From Chlorokybus atmophyticus (Eukaryota > Plantae > Mesostigma and Chlorokybus algae), in assembly GCA_009103225.1 (NCBI GenBank), contig RHPI01002069.1, forward strand, positions 2,645,768 to 2,709,767: DNA of 64,000 bases, given 5' to 3'. Position numbers and translations under genes: made by a program. Below are positions 11,948 to 23,957 of this stretch, one piece after another; position 1 is the first letter of the stretch, and every line of letters begins with the position of its first letter. A model generated the notes under the pieces. The model searched no databases, was not told the DNA's origin, and worked only from the letters and a program-made list of their open reading frames with translations.

Positions 11948-14900
11948 GTGAATGGCGGCCAGGTTTTCCGCCTCTGGCATGCAAGGGTAGCGGCGGCAGT
12001 GGCGGCGGAGGCGGCGGCGCGTGTTGCTGGATATAATGATGCAGATTACATTGGCAACACTTGTGTCGACGTCAGTAGTGAGCTATGCAAGTCCTTTGTC
12101 CATATTGCCACATGCGCTTCGCCACACACACGGTCTACATGCACATTGTTTGCAACAGGGTGTGCAAGCAAATCAAGCTGTATGTTGACCAGCGTCCATT
12201 ACAGTACGATGCGGGTCATGCTAAACTGGGGAGTTCAATCCAGGATGCGCACATGCTTAAATGCTGAAGGACCCCTCTAGGAGACACACGCACAGCATCA
12301 ACAGAAGGAGGAGGAAGTGAACTAGGGCTTTTGATGTGTGCGTGTGCCTGAGAAACCTGTGGCACGCCTACATGGAAGTGGAGGCGTCCCTTCGCACACG
12401 CACACGTCGGAATCCAGGTGGTATGGCTCGGAGCATGCTCTTGCAGTGGCATTCGTGCAGTGCAACAACGGCCAAGGCCTGTCGGCATCCGACATGGGGC
12501 GGATCATCAAATGCATCCGAAATGCACACTTCTTGACGGAAGAGCTCCAGTGGGAGATCGGTGTGCAGGTGACCAGCTACCTCCGTACCACAATTGCTTT
12601 CTCAGTCTGAGGTGTGTTCATGATGTGCGATGCATGTGCTTCAACCATCAGAGCCATGTCGCATATGCACATGCGAGTGTGCTGCCGTATCAGAACTACG
12701 TGACAGCTGACCTACGCAAGTCTGAAGACCCTGAGGATCAGAACATCAGCATCACATATATGTCGGCCAAGGTCGAAATGCAGTATCTAATGCAGTATCT
12801 ATGCAGTATCTAATCTGAGGCCAGCATGCCTGTTAGTGCCCTTGGTCGAAGCAGGTGTGGCTCGCGCGGTTGTGTGGCAATCCACATGCCGCGAATGGCT
12901 TCAATCTCTAGTACATTGTGGTGACGAGCACAGCTTTGGCCATCCTTCCATGGGCGATTGGTGGAAGGATGTGGAGGTGGTTCTAAGGAGAGAGGTGGGG
13001 GAAGCGTCCTACATGGCTCATGCCGTTCTGTACAGTGACAAGACCACGCTGGACAGCGCGGGCAAGCGCTCTTGTTACCCTCTGATGGCACCACTTGCCA
13101 ACTACAGTTGGGACATGTATGCTAGCAACATGGGGGTTGTTATCATAGCGCTTTTGCTGGCGGTTGACGCAGTGGCCGGGCATCCCACCTGGGCGTTGAG
13201 CAAGGAATCGTTCTCATTTCAGAAACGTGAGATTTTTCATGACGCTTTCAATGTAGTGGTAGGGGATATGAAGCGGGCGAGCTAGGAAGGTCTGCAGCTC
13301 ATCGACCTGAATGGCATCGAGCGTCGTGTGTTTACTGAACTTGCCAACTACATCAGCGACTTGCGAATAGTGGGCATGCATGGTTGTGATTGGATGCAGC
13401 CTGCCAGCAAACAATCCATGGAGGATGTTGTCAATGGAGCATCTGAGTTTGTTGTGTTGCAGGAGACTGCCACACTTGCACGCACTGTGTTGGGCAACCA
13501 AACACGACATTCTTGCAATGTTTGTCTCATAACCAAATCAGATCTGTTGAAACCGGATGAGGACCGGGAATTGAGAACCGAGACTTTCTACACACCAGCA
13601 ATACGTCAGCTGTGGGCGGACCTACATAGCGGTGTTAGGAATGCATGCCAGACAGTCAAGGCTTTCAAAGAGCAGCACTCCATGCATGTCGAGGAGGTAA
13701 TGGTCAAATTACCGGCATTCGCGAGGATGAAAGGCTTTCCGTGTAACCAGGCAATATGGGTTGGCAACAGAATGCATTGTGGGGTTGGCGACAGACTCGG
13801 GTGCCCAAAGCTGATTGCTACTCTCTTCTTGCCCCTGACGCAATGCATGTGCTGAAAGACATCATTAACCACCTGCTTGCTGCTGTGTACGACGCTGCGA
13901 AGGAACGACTGCGTCCATTCACGAGACAGATTCTGCAAGCCAAGCACGTCTTTGGTGTTGCTTCTGTGTTGAACACAAAAGCCAACCACTTGTGGTCACA
14001 AGCAGATGTGCACAGGCCAAATGCATGTAAGGCGACTCTACGGGTTTCGCACTTCAAGGCACCCACAAGCACAGTAGATTTCTTCCTGTCCAGCCAATCC
14101 TTTTAGGTGGTGGAGAAAGTGGCGGTGCTGCAGCTGCTGCCGGTCCTTGCAGACGGTTTGCTGCTCGACAGTAAGGGCAACGATTTCTTCACCATTGCTG
14201 CCGCATCGCTTGCCAAGTGGAATAGAAAGATGCTCAAAGCGTATGAACACACAAGAGAGACCCTGACCACAGCCGACAACGAGCTGGCTGCCTTCAAATC
14301 TGCAGTGTTGCATCCGCTACTGTCGTTGTATTCCACACAAGGGTCAGGTTGGAAGATTGAGAAGATGCCTCGGCTCACTCATTTTGGGCCAGCAATTGTC
14401 TGCAGTGGACACCTTGATTGGTTCAGCGCCAACAGCATAGAGCAGACGCACGCCCAAAATATCAAACAGTGGGCGCGTGGTGGCAACAACCGGGACTACA
14501 AGGCGCGTATCCTGAAGGAATGAAGCTGTGCGGAATATGCGACAGAGGATGGCATGGTTGTGGATTCCGAGATGCGCTCGATCATGGCGTAGGCGCGGCA
14601 GCAGCGCTGTAATGTACTAAAGAAGACGGACAAGTTGCTACGGATGGATGTGCTGAAAAGGAGGGAGTTTAGCCCGTACTGGAGCGGTTCTGCGCGTAAC
14701 CGCCAAGTCGCCCTGAAGACTCCTTCGCCGACAAGCTGCCTGCCACCCTGAACAGCTGGGTGAGGAGGGAACAAATGGAGTTGGCCGACGGGTGGCATGC
14801 TGTTCGCATGATGAACAAAGGCGCAGCGGTGTACATGACACTCGGAGTTAGCATGGCGCGCGCAATTGGGATGTGCCGTGGGCGGCCTTGGTTCTCTACA

Positions 14901-15190
14901 CTTGAGTTGGAAGGTGATGAGGATGGTGTGAACGTGACGTGGTGGGCTCAGGCAAACCTTTTTTTGCGCGTGGTGGTGTGGGGTGGTAGCGGCAAGCGCG
15001 TGTGGAAGGTGGTCGTGTTGTCCGCTGGTACACAAAGCTGTATGTGACGAGCGACACAAAGTGCATTGCTCTGGAATGGGAAAAGCGTCGAGGGGGTCCA
15101 CATCTCGATGTCGTGAAACGGCATTGCCCAGCTTCTCCCTATGTTTAACAAGGACAGAGCCTGTGTACAAGAGGGCAAGTATTAGGTGAA
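11948..15190 (+). mobile_element. Plavaka-family (CACTA/EnSpm-related) DNA transposase pseudogene
   Basis: N-terminal C2H2-like LCPYCHMRFATHTVYMHIVC. Core HPSMGDWWKDVE…AVLYSDKTTLDSAGKRSCYPLM…FHDAF…GLQLIDLNGIERRVFTELANYISD…CNVCLI. Then LAPDAMHVL, RLTHFGPAIV…SIEQTHAQNIKQWARGGNNRD and WWAQANLFLRV. Several stops and frameshifts. Confidence 0.85.
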
Positions 15191-15423
15191 CTTTCACTGC
15201 ACTGCCACGTGACACATGTACTTGTCTCACTACTCTAAGTTTGGAGCATATCAGTCACTTAGGCATTGCTAATCGTATGCTAAGACTTTTGCATGTGGAC
15301 GTGTACAATATCGGGCAGCTGTCATTGCACAACTGTCACCACAATTGAATGTTGAATGCAACAATTAGTCATCTGTGTGCCATTAAGCATTAATACAGTG
15401 CACCACACTCAAGCCTCATAGTT

Positions 15424-16190
15424 TCATGATATAGAAGGGGAGTCACAGCGCATATCCATTGTTTCAAGCATGAGACGCCCTACGCACTCCGCCATTGCGG
15501 GAGCAACTGCATTCGCTATGGTAACGGCCGAGGTCATCCATGGCACTCCTAGCGCTGTTTGCCATGCAACAATGCCGCCCCTGGTGCTTGGAAGGCTATA
15601 GACCGGGTACATTTGCTGTGGCGCGTTTAATGTCACAATTGTCTTCTTCGCGCTAGCGGACATATGCGGTAATAGCAGTCTAACCGTCTTGCCCGTGTGC
15701 GAGCAGCGTGCTGGTGCGGTAGCTACCACTGGCTGTGTTCAAAACAGACGGTGTCGGAAGGTTGATAGGCCAAACATTGTGCCACAAAGGGACAGATTGG
15801 GTCTGAATGAGGAAGCTGCTCCTGGCACATTCTCAATGACAAACTTGACCTGGCTTGCAAGCAGCAGATGTCGGACGAGCGATATCATAACGTGGTGACT
15901 CCAAGATGTGCCATGTGCCGCCCGTTGAGGTGCCGAGATAGCACCTATATAGGCCTGGCATGGTGGACTGACCCATATGAGCTCGTACTTGCTCAGCTCT
16001 CCTGCACTCATGGTGCATACATCGCAGTGTATGAAGGGCAGCGGGTACTCAGAGGAGGGACTTATGTCCATCCCGGTCACGTCAAAGCCTGCGTGATATA
16101 GATCGACACTGGCACCGTCACCGCAACAGGTTGAGTGCCCTTGGTCTATGTGTGCGTCCAAGCTTGTTGTCAAATGGTGTGTATGTGGTC
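15424..16190 (-). pseudogene. Short phage/bacterial-type DNA (cytosine-5)-methyltransferase domain, with one in-frame stop and one frameshift
   Basis: RPRALNL(F)CG.GASVDLYHAGFDVTGMDI (motif I-II; frameshift near 16130), IWVSPPCQAY (motif IV catalytic PC), FVIENVPGA (VI), LCGTMFGLSTFRHRLF* (VIII; TGA at 15739-15741), WQTALGVPWMT…IANAVAPAMAECVGRLM (IX-X). Confidence 0.85.
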
Positions 16191-17116
16191 AAGGCTGGCT
16201 GTGGTGCTGGCCAGGGACCAACAATGATGCCATCCGGGCTTACTTTGCGACTGACATTCTCCCCTCCGGCGCGCAAAACATGGCGTGCCCCGTCAACTGA
16301 TGTGTACGCGAATACGTTGTGCCCTTTGAAGTTGATGGTTTGTAGTCAATTAAATACTATACGCTGCTGCCCTGCAAAGCCATTTTCTATTGCACCATGC
16401 ATATATGACGTCCTCCAATCTCGCACGCCAGGAAGCGATGCTGACCTGACACTTGCTTAGTTCATCCGCAACGTCCGCATACCATTCCCCATCCAGCGGC
16501 CAATGCACCATGACACTCACACCGATCAGCTGCTCGCATTTCAACTTAACTGCGTTCCGCAGCCAGTGCAGTGCGCTGTCCAACGGTTAATGGTTTGCCT
16601 TCTCTACAGCGGCTAGGGTGGGGAACTGCCCACGCCCGTGTCCTGGAAGACTGCTTTGAATGTGACAATAGCTTCAACATGCATGAAATAAGCATACGCC
16701 CAACATAACATGCAGTGATACGTCGCTGTCCAATCTGCTGAACCTCAACAGCATCCACCACCTGTCCACCAACCACATGTCCCGGTGTTGTCCATGTGAA
16801 GAAGCGCATGGGTTCCCCTCGCCACTCGAAGCATGAATGCGAGCACGATTCGCACACGCACTGCACGCAATGGAAAAACTCGGGTTCCTTGCACAGCACT
16901 TTGCCGAGGCGGCAACCAAACACATCGACATTGTGTGGGGTGATGCCAGCAAGCAGCACTACAACCGTGGCACACTGTCTGCACTCGCTGGCATTCGGTC
17001 AAGTGTGCTCGCATTTGCTGCCTACGGCCAGTGGCACATACGTATGCATTGCATTGTGGGCACAGCAAGCATGGTCTCCTAGGTGAGGGGGATTTAACTG
17101 CTGCCGCCAACATCAT
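16191..17116 (-). pseudogene. Degenerate N-terminal extension of the MTase gene: C2H2-like finger, Cys-rich block, Tudor-like domain
   Basis: LLCPQCNAYVCATGRRQQMRAHLTEC (near the ATG at 17116), HCVQCVCESCSHSC, and LIGVSVMVHWPLDGEWYA. The frame …INFKGHNVFAY…PFDNKLGRTHRPRALNL runs directly into MTase motif I. Confidence 0.5.
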
Positions 17117-17499
17117 GCGAAATGTGAATCGGCACGGCTGCCCACAAACTGAGTGAGACTTTAGGGTATGGGCATCAATCTAGGGTTGCCAGCTTACGAA
17201 CCCTAAATGAGTCACACTTTAAGAAGCACGATTGAACCGTGGACGGTATTATAGTACCATTTATGATACTACATCAACATGAATGGTACTCCATCCACTA
17301 ATGGTACTAGTGTACAAGGCTACTCGCATACTACCACGATGGTAGAGTAATACTGTGCTGTCATCCCGTGCAACTCAGAGCGCTGTCCAAGTTTGTTGCT
17401 GTCGACCACGCTCTGAACCTGCAAGGTGTGCAAGCCATGCACTAATTTAGGCGCCGGGCAGTCATCATACACATGTACAGCCAATGCTGCTGACAACAG

Positions 17500-20440
17500 C
17501 AAATCTCGGGTGCACCATGCTGCAATTATACACGCACCTACTTGGTTCGCAGGTGTTCAACACAACACTACGGTACATGCACAATCGTCATCAAGGCGGG
17601 GCCCAAATCACCGCCGACACATTGGCGTCTTGCAGCAGGTGTGGCGACTAAAACGGGTGGGGTTGCTTGCACATGGGACACGCTTGTAGCTCCTTTGATT
17701 TATTTGCCACATGCTTCCGCTGGAATATAATGCACATGGCACAATCCTTTCTTGCAACAGGGCGTCTCCCCATCCGCTGGGGGGGTGAGCTCTTCAATGC
17801 AACAGTTCAGCACGCATGGTGCACGCGGTGTGCAAGCTGCCTCGGCCACAAAACTATGGCCACCACAAAACTATGGCCACCAAACTATGTTATCTCGTTG
17901 GAGGCGCAGCGACTCCTATCTGAATGGCGAAGCATACCGCTATATTGCCTGCCCAATCACCCGACGCCCATCTGCCGCCATACGCCACCTGCTAGTCTTG
18001 GTGGTCTCGTGCAGCATGCGTTCATCCAGGCCCTCGACATGGCTGTCGTTACTCGTGTAATTGCCCGCATCGCCCATTTCTTTAAACTTTCACAGAATCA
18101 GCTCGACGTGCCGTATGATATACAGCCACTGCCAGTCAAAGCATGTCAAGTACAGCTCGAATGGTTTTACTTGCCACCTAGTATATTTGCTCAGGTAGTG
18201 GCACACATCTCGACCTGCATCAGTCAACATCAACAGGTACATCTGTTGCAGCAGGTCAATGTTCTGCTCCGCGGATAGCTCTTGCACATTGCCGGGTTGC
18301 TGCGGCAGCATCAACACCATAATATCGAGGACGGCGAGGGGCAACAACGTACTACGGATGGCCATGTCGTGTTTGGGTTCCAACCACGGCCAATCCCCAT
18401 AGGTATGTTTAAACCGCACTCTCCGTGTTTGCTCCCACTTATTGCATACTTTCGTCACCCACATAAAGGCATGCCGCATGCAGTGATGCAGCGCTTCTTG
18501 GGCGTATTGTAGGGCGATCAACTCATTTGCACTACGAGTCAGCCCTTCAAAGCGTCTGCGCGTCGGTGCTTTGAGCTTAGGCAGCTCGTGCCGCACCGGC
18601 TGTCTCTCTATGGACGATGCTAAGCAGCCACATGACGTTGTAAACCCGCCTGTGCCTACTTCAGACACACAGTCAGCCCCAATGAGGCTTCAAGGCGCTG
18701 TGCTTCTTCTATCTACATTGCAACGATGCCTCACCTTTGCTTTCTTGGTCCTGGCAGCGTCCCTTGTTCCAACAACCTGCTTCTTTGTTAGGGGGGTCAA
18801 TCTGCACATTCTTGCAGGCGCCCTTGGCATTGTCACTTAGAGGAGGTAAGGCGTTGGTTTCTTGCTCTGCAGCCTTGCGCTTGTTGGTTGCCTCCCGTTC
18901 CTCCACAACCTGATGTTGCTTTACGAGGTCGAGCACGAAGCCTTTATATTTCAGCGCAGCTTTCACGACACCTCGATCAGTCTCTTTACCAACAAGACAG
19001 GCTGATATCAATGTGGCAAGCGTGTCTTAATGCCGCGGAAGGTGGACGCGCTCTGGCTACGAGGGGAGCAGGTGCGGCATGTGAGACCACTTTTGCATGC
19101 AGCAAGGGGGGCTGTATATAAGACCCGGGATAAGATGGCTCCCTATGTTGCAAAGGACGAATATAAGCTTATGCAGTGCCTGACGCATTGTTACCAAGAC
19201 ACAAACATAAAAGACAGCGACTTACCTCAATGGCTCGTAGGCTGCATGGAGCAGGGGAAGCGATGGGGGCTAACAAGGTGGTATTTGGGTGCACTCTCCC
19301 CGCCACCCTCAATTGCAGACTTGTCACGGAGCTCGTGAGCCATGGGCACAGGATGCGCCACTGCTCCAATGGACCTGTCGGGATTCAACAGGCCAACATG
19401 CATGTTACACTGATGCCGCATTGCCGCCGCGCCCATCAGCAAGTGAGATTGAAGGACCAGTTGATGGGATTGAATCTAGGCTTGCATATAGGAGCTTCAA
19501 CAGGACCTAGTGCACTGTGGTGTTGTCAACCAATCACATGTGGGATAGCTGCATGCTTGCGACACGGCAATTGCAATAGTCAACTGCGTCACACCGTCAT
19601 CCGATGAGTCAGTTGGTTGCTTTGAAACATTACATGCGGCATTGCTGGTTGATGCGCGAATGATTGCATGGATTGCGTCATTGCTGGTTGATGCACCACT
19701 AGTTGAATGCCGGACGAATGGCCACGCGCTCTTGTGCTCAAACCCAGCCTACTTCGTTCGGCACGCGCACGCGACTTCGCACGCTTACGCACATCCTAGC
19801 ATGCAAAGGTAGGCACGCATTGGAGGTGCATGCAGTTAACATGCACATCAAGATAGGCAACAACATACCGCCGCCCAGCTCTGTCTATCTGCTCTGGCTT
19901 CCGCAATGTCGGCTTTACCGTGGGGTGGGTATGGGTGAATAGTGGAGGCCTGCAGCCACGCTACATCTATCACATGGACTAAGCCCAAAACAAAAAATGC
20001 TCTTGCAAGGAAATGCATATGACTGTTTAGCGTACCTCTGCATTCCTTTGTGCAAATTCCCACGCAATTGGTCGCGCATGGTTCTGACAAAGGGCTCTAA
20101 GGACTGCAGCTCATGATCCACTCCGTGTTGCAGAAAGCGAGCCACCAAGCAGCTCTCTGTGTGAAGATGGTCTTAATGGCTTGTTTGTTGGATTGTCCAC
20201 TGTTGGTGATGCATGTTGGACAACCCCATTGCTGACGCCTGCCATGATCCATGACATGGCGCCCGGTATTAGCTAGCTTCGCTGCTTGAACTCTTACGAC
20301 CACAACTTTTCGCAAGATGTGCCGCTGCCGCCGCCGCCGCCGCCTCCTCCTACTCCGAGTCCTCCGCCTCCTAGTCGAACCCAGGTCTACTACGCCTGAC
20401 ATTCGAGCCGTTATTGACCTGATGCCCCTGCGTGCCATCA
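17500..20440 (-). pseudogene. Heavily decayed minus-strand gene, with a possible Ulp1-like (C48) peptidase at its 3' end
   Basis: Protein-like fragments (KETDRGVVKAALKYKGFVLDLVKQHQVVEERE; ELIALQYAQEALHHC…), then NIVWWP*FCGGHSFVA and PAARRQCVGGDLGPAL, loosely resembling the Ulp1 His and Q-x-N-G-x-D-C-G motifs. Confidence 0.25.
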
Positions 20441-21002
20441 TCCGGCCATCAATGAAGCTGTTTGAGTGAGTGCACGCTCACTCCCATTAGAGCTAATCAA
20501 GCAATGCCTCCGTCGTACCATGGATGGTACGACAGAGCCATAGTACGCCAATGGCTGGGTTGGACGAGAGATGCCTTTGTCGTACCATGTTACGCCCAAG
20601 CCATTGTTACCCTTGGTTGTACGAAGCATGGATGGTACGAATGCATAAGTCATACATCAACCATAGGAGAAGGGCGCACTACAAGTGCGACTTGTCATGC
20701 CTATCGCCCAAGCATGCCAGTCGTCATCGGGCATGCCTACAGCAAGACCCTCGCCCGGCTTACCAGCATGGCAACCCGCGCGCGCCTCTGACCAGTAGCT
20801 AGGTCATGTCCCTAGAGGAGCTCGTGACCATAGCCTGCATGGGCACCGCGCGTAGCTGTTCAGTTGTGGGTTCAGTTATAAGTCCGGTTCTATATCGAGT
20901 GGGCATTTCCTGTGGAAATAGCCTCGATATGACCGTTAGCTTATGTTCTGGACAGTCATGAGTTGACTTGTATAAGTAGGCACAGTGTTCACCGGATCAG
21001 CT

Positions 21003-21308
21003 GGTGACACTGTAAGTGAGAAAGCTAAGAGCTTGTGAAGCGACTTGAACTACGAACACACCGTCCTGGTTCCCAAGAATCCCCTCACCGTGTGAGAGCC
21101 TGTGCATGTTCTTGTGCACTGTGCTTGTTCTTGCTGTGAGCTTTGTGTACTTGGTCGGGATGTGCTTGTTGGCATCAGTCAGGGCATAGCATCCACGTGT
21201 TGCTTGCTCATTCACCTCACTTAACAGTGTAATTCCTCTCCCACTCACGCAAAGAACTGTGTAAACGGCACTACCTATAGTAGTGGCTTGTTGACTTACA
21301 GTGTCACC
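21003..21308. mobile_element. 306-bp segment bounded by perfect 15-bp inverted repeats (MITE-like)
   Basis: GGTGACACTGTAAGT at 21003-21017 and ACTTACAGTGTCACC at 21294-21308. Confidence 0.55.
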
Positions 21309-21507
21309 CTCTTTGCTCAAGTGAGTGTAGTTGCAAGCTATACATCAGCATCGCAAGCTGTAGTTGTACACATCACAGTGCAGTGTTGTCACCTTCATCG
21401 CATAGCGCGCACAAGCGCTAGTGTGTTGGGTGATAGCAGCACTGGAGATCCCATTGTAGAACACAAACACTCTACCCTTCATCCACTTTCACCATCGCAC
21501 CAGCTGT

Positions 21508-23957
21508 ATGAGCAGGCCCACCCCGTTCTCCCCAATAGACGAGGGTGACCTCAGCAGTTGGAGCCCAACCACCAACCTCACCTACGAGCGGACCAGTGAC
21601 GGGAGCATCGACCGCAGCAGCAGAGGCTCGCGCTCCATCTCCGGCTTCACCCCGCTCCACTCTACTCCTCGTCATCAAGCTTCTCCACTATCATCGGACA
21701 GCGACGACAACGAGATGGAGTCTTCCAGTTCAACCACATCCCTGCGCTTCTCCAGACGTGCCGGCACCACCTCGCTGGATGAGTTCATCATCAAGTTCCA
21801 TTCCAAGATGCGGCAGCAAGCTTTGAAGAACAAAGACTGGTCAGATGAGATCTCTTCCACATTGCTGCTCAGTATCTTGATTATGAAGCACACGATGTCT
21901 GGAAGTCCGTTGCTGAACTGCATCGAGTAGACGGCTATGGCGAGCTTGCCAGCACCATAGCATCTGCATCGCTGCACCGTCCAACAGGTGTCGTTCCACC
22001 TGCCACTTCAGTTGCAGTAACAGGCTTGTCCATAGCTGCAGCTCTCAAGCAGGCAGAGGAGGAGGAACCGGAGTTGGTACTTGTCAACTTGACCCCTGCA
22101 GAAGTTGAGTCCAAGGAGGCCACACGTCGAGTTCGCATCCTTGACCGTTCTGCCGTCATCATTGAGGAACAAAGAGCTGCACAGCAAGCGGCAGCCGCAG
22201 AGTGGGGTACTCCTCTACCTCCGGCAACACCTGGCTCTCGTGCAGGAGGCAGTACCTTCACCCTCGGGTCAGTAGCACTGCGCGCACCAGCCATCTCCGT
22301 AGATGCTGCCATCTCTGATTCGCCACTCAAGGACCTGTACGCTGCCCTGCGCCGCACCTTCCCTCCTCAGACCACCAGCAAGGTTGAGGAGCTGAGACGC
22401 TTCCGACGCAAGCCCAATGAGGATCCCCTCCGCTTGTACTCCAGACTGGAAGGTCTGCTGAAGGACACTGACTACAGGATTGTCAGTGAGGAGGCTGCTG
22501 CAGTGATATACGTCAATGAGTTGGATGCGGCTCTGAGCGAGTCGACACGCTTGACTCTGAACTGCAGCAGGCCCCTTGACTACACCCTCAAGAAAGCTTT
22601 CGAGACTGCACAAGCCATCCATAAGCGCGCAGTGTATGAGAAAGCGGTGCTGGACACCAACCGCAGTGCCTCACGGCCTATGGCAGGCACAAGTGCAGAG
22701 CCTCTTCGGCGGGACCGCAGCCGGGAGTCGCAAGGCATCCATTACAAGGATAAACGGTCAGCTCATGCTGCCCTTGTGGCTTCAGTGCTGTGCCACCGGT
22801 GTGGTCGACATGGCCACTACCAAAAGGAGTGCACCGAAGATTACGGCAACCTTGTGTGCGACCACTGCCACAAGACGGGACACTTGGAGACAGTATGCTG
22901 GCTCAAGTTCCCTGAGCTGCGGCCCCCTATTGACTACAACAACAGCAACAACGCTGTTGGCTACCGCGGCCACAACAACCCCGGGGGCTACAACAACAGC
23001 AACCACGCTGGCGGCCACAACAACAGCAACAACGCTGGTGGTCGCAACAACGGCAACAACGCTGGTGGCCACAACCCCAACAACAACAACAACGCTGGCG
23101 GCCGCAAGGAAGAAGCTGGCTATAGAGGGAAAAACCGCCCTCCACAGCACAAAGGACTGGAGGGACGTCCTCGCGCTGGAGCTGCTGCTGTAAAGGCACC
23201 AACCAATCCACCGGCTATCGACCAAGTGGCAGCCCTGATGGCGCGCGTGGCACAGCTGGAGGAAAACAAGGAGCAGGACTATCAAGTCTGCTATGTTGCT
23301 AGGTGGGCATTGATGGCACCGAAACGGGATAGGGACACTCCCACGCCGTCACGCGTACAACCATCCAGACGGGCGCGCAGGGAAGCTGGCGCGTCGTCAA
23401 CAGCGGCATCGTTGGACGCCACAAGTGGTGCTGGGACGACGCCGTCGACAACACCGTCGGCGTCCACACCGACCACGACAGCAGGTGTCAGCACTCTTGG
23501 CACCACGCTGTTCCCGGTGATGGAGAGCACCCACGCCGCAGCAACCATGGTCGTTGGGTTCGTAAGTGGTGAATCCACCACTCCTGCCTCCATCGGAGCG
23601 ACCACATCAACCGCAACTGCTGCCACCCTCACAGCCGCCACCTCAGTGACGACGACTGCGGCAGGTGCCACCACCATCGCCTCAAGTAGTGCTGCCATAC
23701 CCACCGCACCACTTCCTGAGGGCCGGACGGCACCGCCACCAGCATTCGACGTCACACAGCAAGTGCCACGCGGGCCGCAAGCAGAACGCGCCTGGGCGTC
23801 GATTCTACGCAATGTCATTCTTAATGAGGAGGTTGCCAACGGCCTAAAGCAATCTGATTGGTTATTGTACAACTATGTGATGAGCACATTAAAACCAGTA
23901 ATAATAATGTATAATATATGCACTACATTGCTTGACTGTACAGAGAAGCTTGCATGA
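21508..23957 (+). mobile_element. Retrotransposon gag (Ty3/gypsy-like) with one frameshift; no pol follows
   Basis: ORF 21508-21930 joins the 22026-23957 frame through a 1-nt shift near 21849 (WSDE/DLFHIAAQYLDYEAHDVW). Gag core LRRFRRKPNEDPLRLYSRLEGLL and two CCHC knuckles (CHRCGRHGHYQKEC, CDHCHKTGHLETVC). The sequence turns AT-rich after about 23850. Confidence 0.8.
22935..23105 (+). repeat. Coding minisatellite of (H/R)NN(S/G/P)NN(A)GG units in gag
   Basis: About 6 imperfect ~27-bp units, AACAACAGCAACAACGCTGGTGGC-like. Confidence 0.85.

Noticed and set aside
13328-13855. ORF-track starts taken at face value (e.g. 13328, 15739-16173, 22026, 26161, 2913)
   Set aside because: These use non-ATG codons and are internal fragments of larger disrupted or spliced frames, not independent genes.
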